Shown here one piece after another: positions 30,737 through 40,676 of a stretch of 64,000 nt of DNA. How positions within the stretch are numbered: the first letter of the stretch is position 1; each line of letters begins with the position of its first letter. The stretch comes from an uncultured Planctomycetota bacterium (lineage in GTDB: Bacteria; Planctomycetota; Phycisphaerae; Sedimentisphaerales; Anaerobacaceae): positions 34,301 through 98,300 of the forward strand of contig CAVOUO010000020.1 of assembly GCA_963699595.1 (NCBI GenBank). The letters run 5' to 3'. Both the position numbers and the translations under genes were made by a program. The notes under the pieces are model-generated. The model did not search any database. It worked only from the letters and a program-made list of their open reading frames with translations, and was not told the DNA's origin.

Positions 30737-31333
30737 CTACGCGGGATTCTCGGACCCTTCCGGTGCGGGGCTGTGCGGCCCCTCCACCGGCTCGATCATG
30801 TCGATGTCGATCTCGACGCTGGCCGCCTGGCCCAGCAGGTTGATCTGGAGCACCAGGCGCGTGTCGCCCTTGGTCTGCACGATGATTCCCTCCAGACCGA
30901 GCAGGGGGCCGGCGATGACGCGGCACCACTGCCCCTTTTGCAGGTACTTATGGGGCGTCAGCGGCGCACCGGCCCGCAGCGCCTGCTCGAACCGCACCAG
31001 CTCGTGGATGAGGGTCTCCTGATCCTTCACCTCGATGAGGTTCGCCACGCGGTTGGTCTTGAGCAGCTCGACCCGCTCGTTCTCGTTGCCGCAGAAGAAG
31101 AGGTAGCCCGTGAACAGCGGCAGCAGCGACTTGATGGTTCGGTGGCTGTGGCGGTGCACGCGCCACGTCATGGGCAGGAAGTAGCTGATGTTCTTGGCCA
31201 TCAGGTCGTGGGCCAGGGCCTTTTCATTGCGGCTCTTGGTGTGTGCGACCCACCAGAGGCCGTTGAACTGCCGGAGCGATTCGGCCTGGGGCCAAACCAG
31301 CGGCGGGTTTTCACCGATCTTCAGCAAGAGCAA
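30737..31333 (-). CDS. NusG-paralog transcription antiterminator (RfaH/UpxY-like) with NGN and KOW domains
   Basis: WWVAHTKSRNEKALAHDLMAKNISYFLPM...LFTGYLFFCGNENERVELLKTNRVANLIEV (NGN) and KGQWCRVIAGPLLGLEGIIVQTKGDTRLVLQINLLGQAASVEID (KOW). Confidence 0.75.
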   Translation of the reverse strand: MLLLKIGENPPLVWPQAESLRQFNGLWWVAHTKSRNEKALAHDLMAKNISYFLPMTWRVHRHSHRTIKSLLPLFTGYLFFCGNENERVELLKTNRVANLIEVKDQETLIHELVRFEQALRAGAPLTPHKYLQKGQWCRVIAGPLLGLEGIIVQTKGDTRLVLQINLLGQAASVEIDIDMIEPVEGPHSPAPEGSENPA

Positions 31334-31550
31334 TCTCCCGAATTCAGACAGTATCGGGGGTCATCGGGTCACGTGCCCTGTGCTCCCCGCATCCCCCTAA
31401 TCGACAAACCGGCACTCATCTTCGGTCGATTCATCGGCCGATGGCATAGTGTATTCCTGTCCGTGGCGAAAGTCAAAGCAAATGGCGGCGGACAAGCCCA
31501 ACGGCGTGCGGCCGGCATAGAGTGGCGGATTTCGCCGACTCCTATCCGGG

Positions 31551-31590
31551 TGGCAGCGGCAAGCGGAGTCTTCGGAGCTTGCCGATGGTC
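31551..31590. repeat. Short copy of the nested-hairpin family (outer stem only)
   Basis: tggcagcggcaagcggagtcttcggagcttgccgatggtc contains stem cggcaagc/gcttgccg. It is the same family as 5066-5142 and 40607-40676. Confidence 0.65.
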
Positions 31591-31610
31591 CCTCGCGTCG
31601 GTCGGGCCGA

Positions 31611-32018
31611 AAATTGGCTTCGTTTCGCACGATTTCCCCTCCCAGGGGCCCGGCCTGCCTGCCGGCCGGGCTGAATTGGGTTTGTTTGGCGCAATTGCGC
31701 CGACTGGGAGCGTGGGTTTGCCCCACCGATTCCTCTGGGCGGGCGCAGATTGGGTTTGTTTCGCACAACAGCCACCGGATTGGAATGGTGGAATAATGGA
31801 ATAGAATACTGGAATGGTTGGGTATCCCGGCCACCAGAAATTGGGTTTGTTTCGCACGATTGCCCCCGGGAACGCCGATCTCCCGATCGGCACACTGGTG
31901 GAAATTGGCTTTGTTTTTTCGCATGATCTTGCGGGTCGAATTCGCCATAACCATTTTCTCATAAAACACTTACCATCGCTCGCCCCGCTCCGGAAATTGG
32001 GTTTGTTTCGCACGATTG
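31611..32018 (+). repeat. Array of six same-orientation copies of a ~25-nt motif (R)AATTGG(G/C)TT(T/C)GTTTCGCAC(G/A)AT, irregularly spaced
   Basis: Copies lie at 31611-31634, 31673-31697, 31748-31770, 31837-31862, 31901-31928 and 31993-32018, with start-to-start spacing of 62, 75, 89, 64 and 92 nt. A seventh copy lies at 22734-22760. Confidence 0.8.
31778..31822. repeat. GGAATA/TGGAAT-unit repeat segment, same family as 28590-28703
   Basis: ggattggaatggtggaataatggaatagaatactggaatggttggg. Confidence 0.6.
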
Positions 32019-32340
32019 GCTCCGCGAATTTAGATCATCAATCCCGAGGCTCCGCCTCGGACCACACTGTCCCTCTACCCTTGCTCCGTGTTGCACGAAT
32101 CGTGCCGAAATTCTGTGCGCGCGTGATGCTGCCGCGTCGCGTAACTCCTTGTGCCGCAAGGGATAAAAGATTTTTCACTCACGGGGTGTTTTGCCTTTTC
32201 AACTGTTGCACAAACGCGGTCGTTCGCATCGCAGCCCGCAGGGCGCAGGCGGTCCAAATGGGGGTGTTGTTGCCTTGTTGCCTCCTGTGGACAACGGCCG
32301 ACCGGATCAATTCAACGCCGATGAGGCAGGCAGGGCCGAC

Positions 32341-33045
32341 CTACTTCCGCTTCCCTTTGATCTTCGCATCGCCCTCTGGCATCTTCTTCGGTCGGCCCAC
32401 CGGCAGGGGCCGCACCCGCCGGCCCAGCAGGGTCTCCAGCTTGCTCAGAAAGCTGTCGCTGCCCAGCGGCCGGCCCGTGTGCGTCCGCAGCCGAATCCGG
32501 GCCACTTCCCCCTCCGTCAATCCCTCCGCCAGTTCCTTCCGCCATTCGTCCGCGGTGATCTGCTTGTACCAGCGGGGCAGGTTCAGCAGCTCCGATTCGG
32601 CCTTCTCGTCCGTATGGAGGGCGGCACTGGACCAGGCGTACTGCCACGCCCGCCGGCACAGCTTCGCCCGCACCGGGTTCAATTCCACGTACTTCAGCGC
32701 CAGCCACAGGTGCCGCCCATCCAGGGCACAGGAATGGAACCGTCCCTGCCACAGATGGCCGCTGCGCCCGTGGAAGCGGTTGACGTACTGCGTGTAGCGA
32801 AGGTGGGTCCGGCCGATGGCCTGGGCCAGCGACTCCTCCTCGTGCGGGATCGCCACCAGATGGACGTGGTTGGTCATCAGGCAGTAGGCGAGGATCTCCA
32901 GGCCGTACTTCTGGGCCTGCTCCTGAAGAAGCTCCAAATACACCCGCCGGTCCTCGTCCACGAGGAACACATCCTGGCGGTTGTTCCCGCGCTGCGTGAT
33001 ATGATGGGCACACCCAACGGCTATGGCTCTGGCTAATCTTGGCAT
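32341..33045 (-). CDS. REP-associated tyrosine transposase (RAYT; IS200/IS605 Y1 HUH family)
   Basis: Intact 234 aa: HHITQRGNNRQDVF, LAYCLMTNHVHLVAIP (HUH), RTHLRYTQYVNRFHGRSGHLWQGRFHS (catalytic Tyr region), YVELNPVRAKL. Confidence 0.8.
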   Translation of the reverse strand: MPRLARAIAVGCAHHITQRGNNRQDVFLVDEDRRVYLELLQEQAQKYGLEILAYCLMTNHVHLVAIPHEEESLAQAIGRTHLRYTQYVNRFHGRSGHLWQGRFHSCALDGRHLWLALKYVELNPVRAKLCRRAWQYAWSSAALHTDEKAESELLNLPRWYKQITADEWRKELAEGLTEGEVARIRLRTHTGRPLGSDSFLSKLETLLGRRVRPLPVGRPKKMPEGDAKIKGKRK

Positions 33046-33405
33046 GCCGCCAATCTACCGCAGCGCTCCGCTCCGCGTCAATAGAAAAAATGGTAGCTGT
33101 CCCCGTTACCCCCGCCTATCCGAGGGTCAAGAGAATATCGCCGCCCGTCCGGCCCGGCCCGCCACTGGCATGATCTCTGTTTTTTCCCCCGAGCCGGTGA
33201 ACCTGCGCGTTGCCGGTCAAGTATTGTACGGATGTCGCAAAATATATTGACACCATTCCTTATCGACAGATACAGTATGCCGCGCGTAGAGTCGCGAGGG
33301 CATGATGGTCTTTACGGGCATTGGGGCACGGTTGCGGCCGGGCGTTCGCGGCGGCCGGTGTAGGTTGTCCGTTTTCAGTTTGGGAATAGAGGAAAGGAGT
33401 ATGCG

Positions 33406-33955
33406 ATGAAAGCCATGGTATGGGTGTGCACGTGTGTCGTGGCCTGCGCTGCTGGCCGGCTGCTCGACGGCCCCGAAGTCGGCGGAAAAACAGGCCCAAC
33501 TGACCACCAGGAGTGAAGACGCGATCGAGATGGCCAAGAAGGCCGACCCCGGGCTGCAGAAGTTCTTCGACACCGCCGCCGGCTACGCGGTCTTCCCGTC
33601 GGTGGGCAAGGGCGCCGTCGGCGTGGGCGGCGCGTACGGACGCGGCGAGGTGTTTGAAGGCGGAAAACCGGTCGCCTATGCCACCTTGACCCAAGCCAGC
33701 ATCGGTCTGGCCCTGGGCGGTCAAAAGTACACCGAGCTGATCTTCTTTGAGACCAAGGCCGCGCTGGACCGCTTCAAATCCGGCAACTTCGCCTTTGCGG
33801 CCCAAGTCTCGGCGGTCGCGCTGAAGTCCGGGGTGTCCGCCAATGCGAAGTACAGTGATGGTGTCGCCGTCTTCACGCTGGGAGAAGCGGGCCTGATGTA
33901 CGAGGCCTCCGTCGGCGGGCAGAAGTTCGCCTACCAGCCGATCCAGACGCCGTAA
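33406..33955 (+). CDS. SYLF (Ysc84/DUF500) lipid-binding domain lipoprotein; N-terminal frame break likely
   Basis: RBS ggaaaggag at 33391-33399. ATG at 33406 gives MKAMVWV..., then the frame of 33434..33955 gives SWPALLAGCSTAP (lipobox)...GYAVFPSVGKGAVGVGGAYGRGEVFEGGKPVAYATLTQASIGLALGGQKYTELIFF. Confidence 0.65.
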
Positions 33956-34016
33956 CGGCATCCCGACGCCAACAGAAGTCTACTGAATTGGTCATATAAC
34001 AATGAGAGGTGCTGCT

Positions 34017-34769
34017 ATGCCATTGTCCAAACGATTAACGGCGGAGTTCATCGGGACGTTCTGGCTGCGTGTTCGGCGGCTGCGGCAGCGCCGTGCTGGC
34101 GGCGGCGTTTCCCCAGGTCGGGATCGGCTTGCTCGGCGTCGCCCTCGCCTTCGGCCTGACCGTGCTGACGATGGCCTACGCCATCGGGCACATCTCCGGC
34201 TGCCACCTGAATCCGGCGGTGACGGTCGGGCCTGGCGTCGGGCCGGCGGTTCCCGGCTGGACGAGGTGATCCCCTACATCGATCGCCCAGGTCGTCGGGG
34301 CCATCGCCGGCGCGGCCGTGCTCTACGTGATCGCCAGCGGCAAGGCCGGCTTCAGCCTCGAGCGGCGGATTCGCCGCCAACGGCTACGGCGGCACTCGCC
34401 CGGCGGCTATTCGCCTGCTCGCCGCGCCTCGTGGCGGAGGTCGTGCTGACGTTCATGTTCCTGATGATCATCCTCGGCGCGACGGACAAGCGCGCGCCGG
34501 CCGGCTTCGCCCCGATCGCCATCGGCCTGGGGCTGACGCTGATCCACCTGATCGGCATCCCGGTGACGAACCTGTCGGTGAACCCGGCCCGCAGCACCGG
34601 ACCGGCGCTGTTCGTGGGCGGCTGGGCGCTGGCGCAGTTCTGGCTGTTCTGGCTTGCCCCGATCGTCGGCGCCTGGCTGGCCGGCCTGGCCTACCGGGTC
34701 CTCGGTGAAGAGAAACCGGCGGTGCGCATGGCCCCCGCACGGTCCGCGAGCGCTCCTTCAGGCGCGTAA
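34017..34769 (+). pseudogene. aqpZ: Aquaporin Z; at least 5 frame breaks
   Basis: [70 protein letters not shown] (first NPA), [72 protein letters not shown] (second NPA). These lie in three different frames. Confidence 0.85.
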
Positions 34770-35177
34770 GACACGTGTAAGTGCTGTCGACCAATCGTCA
34801 TGAGTACGGGCAATCCTTCGGGCAAGCCCGCAAGCGCTTCATGTCGCGTCTATCGTCAGCGAGTCCCAGCCGGCGATACGCGCGTTGGAAGCGTGAGATA
34901 CGACAAAGGATAGCCGGGCCGTGCGCACGCAGATGCGCCAGCCCGGCCTCGTTTCCCTCTTTGTCGGGGCTTGACTGGACGCTACAACCCGCGCTGAACA
35001 GGGGCGGGATCGTGGGCGTTCGGCCCACTAAGCAAGCCTGCCGATGCAGCAAACGTGTTTTATCTGCTGCTCTTGCTCTGCCTACCCCGCAGGCAACGCA
35101 GTCACCACGATTTCCGCCACGACAATGTCCTGCGTGGAGCGAGATACCGGCCGGGCCGCTGGCTCCGTGCGGTTCCG

Positions 35178-36207
35178 TCAGAAGTTGATGCCGACACCCA
35201 GCAGATACTTGACATCCGTGGTGCCCCGACCTGGCGCCGGGCTCTCGTCAAAGTTGAAGATGACCTTGAAATTGGCGAACATCGACTTGGTCAGGCTGGC
35301 CCGCAGTTCCGCGGTCGAGGTCAGGAAGTAGTCCGAGAACTGCTCCAGGCTGGGGAAGTAGGCCAGATCGTGGATAAACCTGAGTTTGTCGTCGAAGCGC
35401 TTCTCGAAGTTGTAGCCGAGCTGCAAGGAGATCTCGCTGTTGCTGCCCGCCTGATTGTCGAACTTCTCATAGAGTGAAGCCAGACCCAAGTTGGTGGAGA
35501 AGTTCGTCTTGGCCGTCTCGATCCATTGATAGCCGCCGCCGCCGCCCACCACGATGCGCCGGTCCAGAGCGGCGATGGCATCCTTCTCGTAGCGGGCATT
35601 CATGAACCCGAAGAACTTCTTCGTGAAGAAGTAATCATATTGGGCTCGGGCACGCCACCAGTCCTCGGTCGTCTCGTCCTGACGGGTGGTACGGTCTCTC
35701 GTCTCGCTCTTGCCGTAGTCCGCGCCGGCCGTCGTCCGGTCCTTCTCGGAACGTCGCGAAACGCTGACGCTGGCCGCGACCGATTCCGACTTGGTGTTGC
35801 CATGCGTGGAACTCACCGCCCCGGAAATACTGCCGGTCCACTTGGGCTCGGGCTTGGGCGGCGGATTGATCGAGGTTACGTCGGCCAGAGGAAACTTCTG
35901 GGGTTGCAGCGGCGCCGCAGTCTTGAGGGCGAACTCATTGGGCTCGGCGGCGGCGACCGACTGGTGCAAGACCGTGCCATCTTTGAGATGGACCTCGACC
36001 GGTTCGTTGCTGCTGAAGGTCTTGATGTCCGTGAGGTTCACGGTCACTTCGCCGACGACTGTGGGACAGGAAGATGAGTTTGCCGTCCGTCATCCGCACG
36101 ATCTGGCCGGTCAGGCGGTCGCCGTTCTTCAGAAACACTTGGTCCGCGTAGAGGGTCGAGCACAGGCCGACCAGGCACAAGGCCGAGAACCATACCTTCG
36201 TGTACAT
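35178..36207 (-). pseudogene. DUF481 (YdiY-like) outer-membrane protein; one frame break near 36060
   Basis: Signal MYTKVWFSALCLVGLCSTLYADQVFLKNGDRLTGQIV (frame of 35935..36360), then ORF 35178..36047: KWTGSISGAVSSTHGNTKSESVAASVS...WWRARAQYDYFFTKKFFGFMNARYEKDAIAALDRR...LLGVGINF. Confidence 0.55.
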
Positions 36208-36393
36208 GAGGGATTCCTTTCGAAATTCACATTCACAAGAAACTACCGATCCAAGGACAACACACCCGGGGGGACCGTGAGGTCCCCGAGCCGCACGCCG
36301 CCGGGAATGATCCAACAGGTCCCGGTCCGGCACTCCGGGCACAACGAGCATCAGGTACATCTTGCTGCTCGCGAGGGACGCATGCCCCTGTTT

Positions 36394-36769
36394 CTACTTA
36401 TTTTTTGCGGGAGGCTCACCGCGGAGAAACGGCGGGCGCATTGCCGCAAGGCGGTTGAGCGTTCGGATGACCATGAAGATCGTGAAGGCTACGATCAGAG
36501 AAGTCAATCATGGTGTTGATGAACAGGCCGTAGCGTACGGCCACCGCCGGGATGGCTTCACCCGCGGCGGACGTGCTGGCCTGTTTCAGCGTCAACTGCA
36601 AGTTCTTAAAATCCACGCCCCCCAACAGCATGCCGATCGGGGGCATGATGACATCGTTGACCAGAGAGGTCACGATCTTGCTGAAGGCAGCTCCGATAAT
36701 AATGCCCACCGCCATGTCCATGGCGTTGCCTTTGACAGCGAAATCCCTGAACTCCTTCAGTAGTCCCAT
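36394..36769 (-). pseudogene. mscL: Large-conductance mechanosensitive channel MscL; one 1-nt insertion near 36500
   Basis: [54 protein letters not shown]...[11 protein letters not shown]. The shifted frame continues [17 protein letters not shown]... to TAG at 36394-36396. Confidence 0.85.
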
Positions 36770-37285
36770 CGTTTCTCCCCTGAAAAGGCCCCTGCTATGG
36801 CAGCACAGCTATTGTGACAGTCCTACCCTGCGAGGGCAAAGGACAGCCGACTTAAGGATTACAACCTCATGTGGGGGCAAGCAAAGAGCATGAAGAACAT
36901 CGGGTCTTTCTCCTCGTCGACAATTCTCGGCGACTCTCCCACATGGCCTCTTGCGTCATGCGGGCGATCCGGGCCAACAACCGCCTCCGATTGTACTGAA
37001 GAACGAATGCGTGTCAACCAGCCGGGTGAGAAAATTCAGGATCAGCACTGGCCGGGGCCTTTCTAGGGCGACTAGAATCGGGGGACACCATACTCAATTC
37101 GGGGCCGCAAGAAGTAAGATGTCCTCAGAGTTCTACCCCGTTAAAGGTCAAAATAAGGGCTGGCCCTCTCGCCCGTTTGAATTCGCTCGGGACTAACGAA
37201 ACCCCGCAAGAAGATTTGACGACGGTGGTCCTTGTTCTTAGCATTGACGCGTCCGGCAAGGATGCCGGAGTTTGCAGGAGTGATT

Positions 37286-38387
37286 ATGGGACGATCGCGT
37301 GTCCGTCCGGCGGAGACTGTGGCGGCCGGACCAGGGGGCCAGGGCCATACGCAGCGCCCGGTGACGGTGCTGTTCACCTGCATCGGCCGCCGGGTATCGC
37401 TGCTGCGCAGCTTTCAGCGGGCCGCGCGAAGGCTGCGTCTCGCAGCCTGCTTCTGCGGCACCGACACCAGCCCCTCAAGTCCGGCCCTGCAGTTGTGCGA
37501 CCAGGCCTTCCTGGTCGAGCCGACAACCCATGCCCAGTACATCGATCAACTCCTGTATCTTGTCCGGGAGCACGCCGTGAGCCTGCTGGTGCCCACCGTG
37601 GACCTGGACCTGCCCCTCTTGGCCCGGCATAAACCGCAATTCGAGGAGTTGGGCTGTCGCGTGCTTGTCTCCGATCCGGATGTGGTCGACACCTGCCAGG
37701 ACAAGCGGCGGACGTTCGGATTCCTGACCAAGAACGGCTTCGGCACTCCGGCGACGATGAGTGTTCGCCAGGCCTTGGCGGCCGACCGCCGGGGAGAGCT
37801 GACCTGGCCGTGTTTTCTGAAGCGATGGGACGGCTACGCCAGCCGGGACAATGCCGTTGTCCATGACGCCCAGCGAGCTGCGGTTCTATGCCCGCCGGAT
37901 TCCCAACGCCCTTTGCCAGGAATTCCTCGAGGGGACCGAGTACACGTGCGATGCGTACATCGATTTCAATCTGAACGTCCGGTGCATCGTGCCGCGCCGG
38001 CGCATCGAGGCCCGCGCGGGCGAGGTGAGCAAGGGACAGATTGTCAAGAACCCCGAGATCATGGACCAGGCGAGAAGGGTGGTCGAGCTTCTCGGGGCGG
38101 GCCCGGGCGTGATCACGTTACAGCTTTTCGTCGCGAAGGATGGCCGGATCAGATTCACCGAGATCAATCCGCGTTTCGGCGGCGGGGCGCCCCTGTCGAT
38201 CCGGGCGGGGGCCGATTTTCCCAAATGGATTCTGCAAGAGCTGACGGGCAAGCGGCCGCGCATCGGTTTTGACGATTTCACGGATGGCTTGCTGATGCTG
38301 CGCTACGACGCCGAGGTCTGGCTGCCGGCATCGGACCTCCGAGGCACGAAGGTCACCGTCCCGGGCCCGTCGGCCGAAGACTCGTGA
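37286..38387 (+). pseudogene. ATP-grasp domain protein (carbamoyl-phosphate-synthase-L-like); one frame break near 37860
   Basis: VTVLFTCIGRRVSLLRSF...VSLLVPTVDLDLPLLARHKPQFEELGCRVLVSDPDVVDTCQDKRRTFGFL...PCFLKRWDGYASRDNAVV (ORF 37232..), then ELRFYARRIPNALCQEFLEGTEYTCDAYIDF...RFTEINPRFGGGAPLS (ORF 37851..38387). Confidence 0.65.
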
Positions 38388-38515
38388 CAAGACTGGGACG
38401 AAGAACAAAACGGAAAGGGGAGAGGTCGCACGGGCTCTAACGGCAGGGCGGAAAGTCGGTGCAAGCAGTCGAAATCGCGTGCGGAAGGGGGGTGCTTCGG
38501 TTAAGATGAGGATGG

Positions 38516-40569
38516 TTGGAAAGCCGCAGGTCCGTGGCAGATTCCGGATGCAAATTCGAGATCGCAGGAAGCGTCAACGGCCCGGCGGAACGTCAAATTG
38601 CTGTGGGGCAGGCCAGAAGCGTGGCGAAGCAGAAAAGACCGGCGAACGCCGGAACAGAACGAAATGAAGGGCAGGGACCACCGAGACGTGGATTCGGACG
38701 CTTTCGCGGATGGCTTGGCTTGGGGGTCGTATTGGTCGCCACGGCGTTTCTGTATGCGCCGGCATTGAATCACCAATTCACGAACTGGGACGACGACCGG
38801 CAGATCACCGCCAATCCCGATATCCGCGACTTGTCGCCGCAGGGCATCGGGAAGATGTTCTCCAGCTTCTATGTCTCGCTCTATCAGCCGCTCACGTCTC
38901 TGTCCTGGGCGGTCGAGTACCGCCTCTTCGGACTCGATCCGCGCATCTACCATGCGGTCAACGTCCTGCTGCACCTGGTGAACATCGTGTTGGTCTACGT
39001 GCTGGTCCGGTCCCTATGCCAGAACGTGGGAATCTCCGTGGTCACGACGGCGCTGTTTGCGGTCCATCCCCTGCAGGTCGAGGTGGCGGCATGGGCTTCT
39101 TCGCGGAGCATTCTGCTGTCTTCCCTGTTCTACCTGGGGGCGATGATCGCCTACATCGCCTACGCCAAGTCCGGCAAGCTGCGCTACTTCGCCCTGGGGT
39201 TGGTGCTTTTCCTGCCGGCTCTGCTGGCCAAGACGACGGCGGCCACACTGCCGCTGGTGCTCCTGGTGATCGATCTGTACCTGGAAAGAAGGGTCAGCCG
39301 GCGGACCATCTGTGAGAAGATCCCCTTCTTCCTGCTGTCTATCGTCTTCGGGTGCATCACGATGCTGGCCCGCAGCGGCGTGAGCCATGTCCAGGATTTC
39401 GCGCTGAAGTACTCCCTGGTGCAGAGGATCTGCATCGTGTGCTATTCCTGCCTGTGGTACGTGGGCAAGCTGGTGTTTCCGGCGGGTCTTTCCGTCTTCT
39501 ATCCGTTTCCAGGCAAGCCGAACGGCTGGTTGCCCGTTGCCTTCTATCTGGCTCCCATGCTGCTGATCGGCCTGGCGGTGGGGATCTGGTACGCCGGCCG
39601 GTACCGCCGGCTGCTGGCCTTCGCGGCACTGTTCATGTTGGCCTCGTTGGTGCTGGTGGTCCAGATCGTACCGGTCAGCGAGCTGATGGTTTGCGACCGC
39701 TACGCGTACCTGCCCTGCATAGGGCTGTTCTTTCTGGCGGGGACTTTGGGCCACCGGCTGGGCTTGCGTAACCCGTCCTGGATGAGAGTGATGCTGGTCG
39801 TCACGGTGCTGGTCCTTGTTGCTCTTGGCGGTCTGACGTTTCAGCGCATCGGAGTATGGCACGATAGCACGACGCTCTGGAACGACTTCATCGGCAAGCG
39901 TCAGGATATTTACGTTGCCTATCTCAATCGCGGTTTGGCAGAGTACGAGGCCGGCGACCGCAAAGCGGCCATCGCCGATTTCGATGCGACCCTGCGACTC
40001 AACCCCAAGGTCGACAAGGCGCTGAACAACCGCGCGGCCGCCTATGCGGCCCTCGGCGACCGCTCGGCGGCCCTGCGTGACTTCGACGAGGCGATCCGGC
40101 TGAACCCCGGATAGCAGCTATCTCGTCAACCGGGGCATCCTGAAACGGGACATGGGGGACTTCGCCGGCGCCGTCGGAGATTTCGACACGGTCATCGAGC
40201 GTAATGCCGCGGAGTGTCAGGGCTCTGTGCGAAAGGGCGGACGCGTACCGGATGCAGGGGAATTGGGCCAAAGCCCGGGCGGACTATGAAGCTGTGCTGC
40301 GGCTCGATCCCAGTCACGTCTACGCGACTTTTCTCCTGGGGGCGGTATTGGTGCAAACAGGCGACAACGAGCAGGCCGTGACCATGCTGAACAAGGCCCT
40401 CACTCTGGGAGGCAAAGACCCGGCCCCGGCGTATTTCCTTCTGGCACAAGCCTATCGGAAGATGGGCCGGATGGACCTCGCAAAGGAGGCCCTGCGCCGT
40501 TCTCAAGAGCTGGGATATCGCGGGCCACAAATCCCACCGCGCCAAACGGAGGGACGCCAGCGACAGTAG
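38516..40569 (+). pseudogene. PMT_2/TMTC-like polytopic glycosyltransferase fused to C-terminal TPR repeats; at least 2 frame breaks near 40110-40200; start uncertain
   Basis: LGLGVVLVATAFLYAPALNHQFTNWDDDRQITANPDIRDL...YHAVNVLLHLVNIVLVYVL...AVHPLQVEVAAWASSRS... has about 10 hydrophobic segments. TPRs follow: YLNRGLAEYEAGDRKAAIADFDATLRLNPKVDKALNNRAAAYAALGDRSAALRDFDEAIRLNP. They continue in other frames (GILKRDMGDFAGAVGDFDTVIE; ALCERADAYRMQGNWAKARADYEAVLRLDP...). Confidence 0.65.
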
Positions 40570-40606
40570 TACACCGGCAGTTGTGATTTCGTGAATACAG
40601 GGTAGT

Positions 40607-40676
40607 AGTGGCAAGTGCATCTGGGCCCAATCGCGGTACATCGCGATTGGGAACCTCTTCGGAGCTTGCCGATGGT
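40607..40676. repeat. Nested-hairpin family copy
   Basis: agtggcaagtgc...caatcgcggtacatcgcgattg (40628-40649)...ggagcttgccgatgg. Compare 5066-5142. Confidence 0.65.

Noticed and set aside
31611-32018. Possible CRISPR array (six repeats of ~25 nt with 35-65-nt intervening sequences)
   Set aside because: The repeats are degenerate, with several mismatches and indels between copies. The spacing is irregular (62-92 nt start to start). The intervening segments themselves contain other repeat families. A solitary copy exists at 22734, and no cas genes are present. It is better explained as a REP-like array.
31369-32797. ORFs spanning the repeat region (31369..32013 -, 31397..31969 -, 31814..32797 +, 32191..33036 +)
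   Set aside because: They are assembled from repeat copies (peptides such as RNKPNF, CETNPI, AKQTQF recur with each repeat), or they are antisense to the RAYT gene. No domain signatures are present.
36770-37285. 0.5-kb gene-free, lower-GC interval between mscL and the ATP-grasp gene, examined for a known ncRNA or riboswitch
   Set aside because: I could not recognise conserved cores of tmRNA, RNase P, SRP, 6S or common riboswitches by eye. It needs a covariance-model scan.
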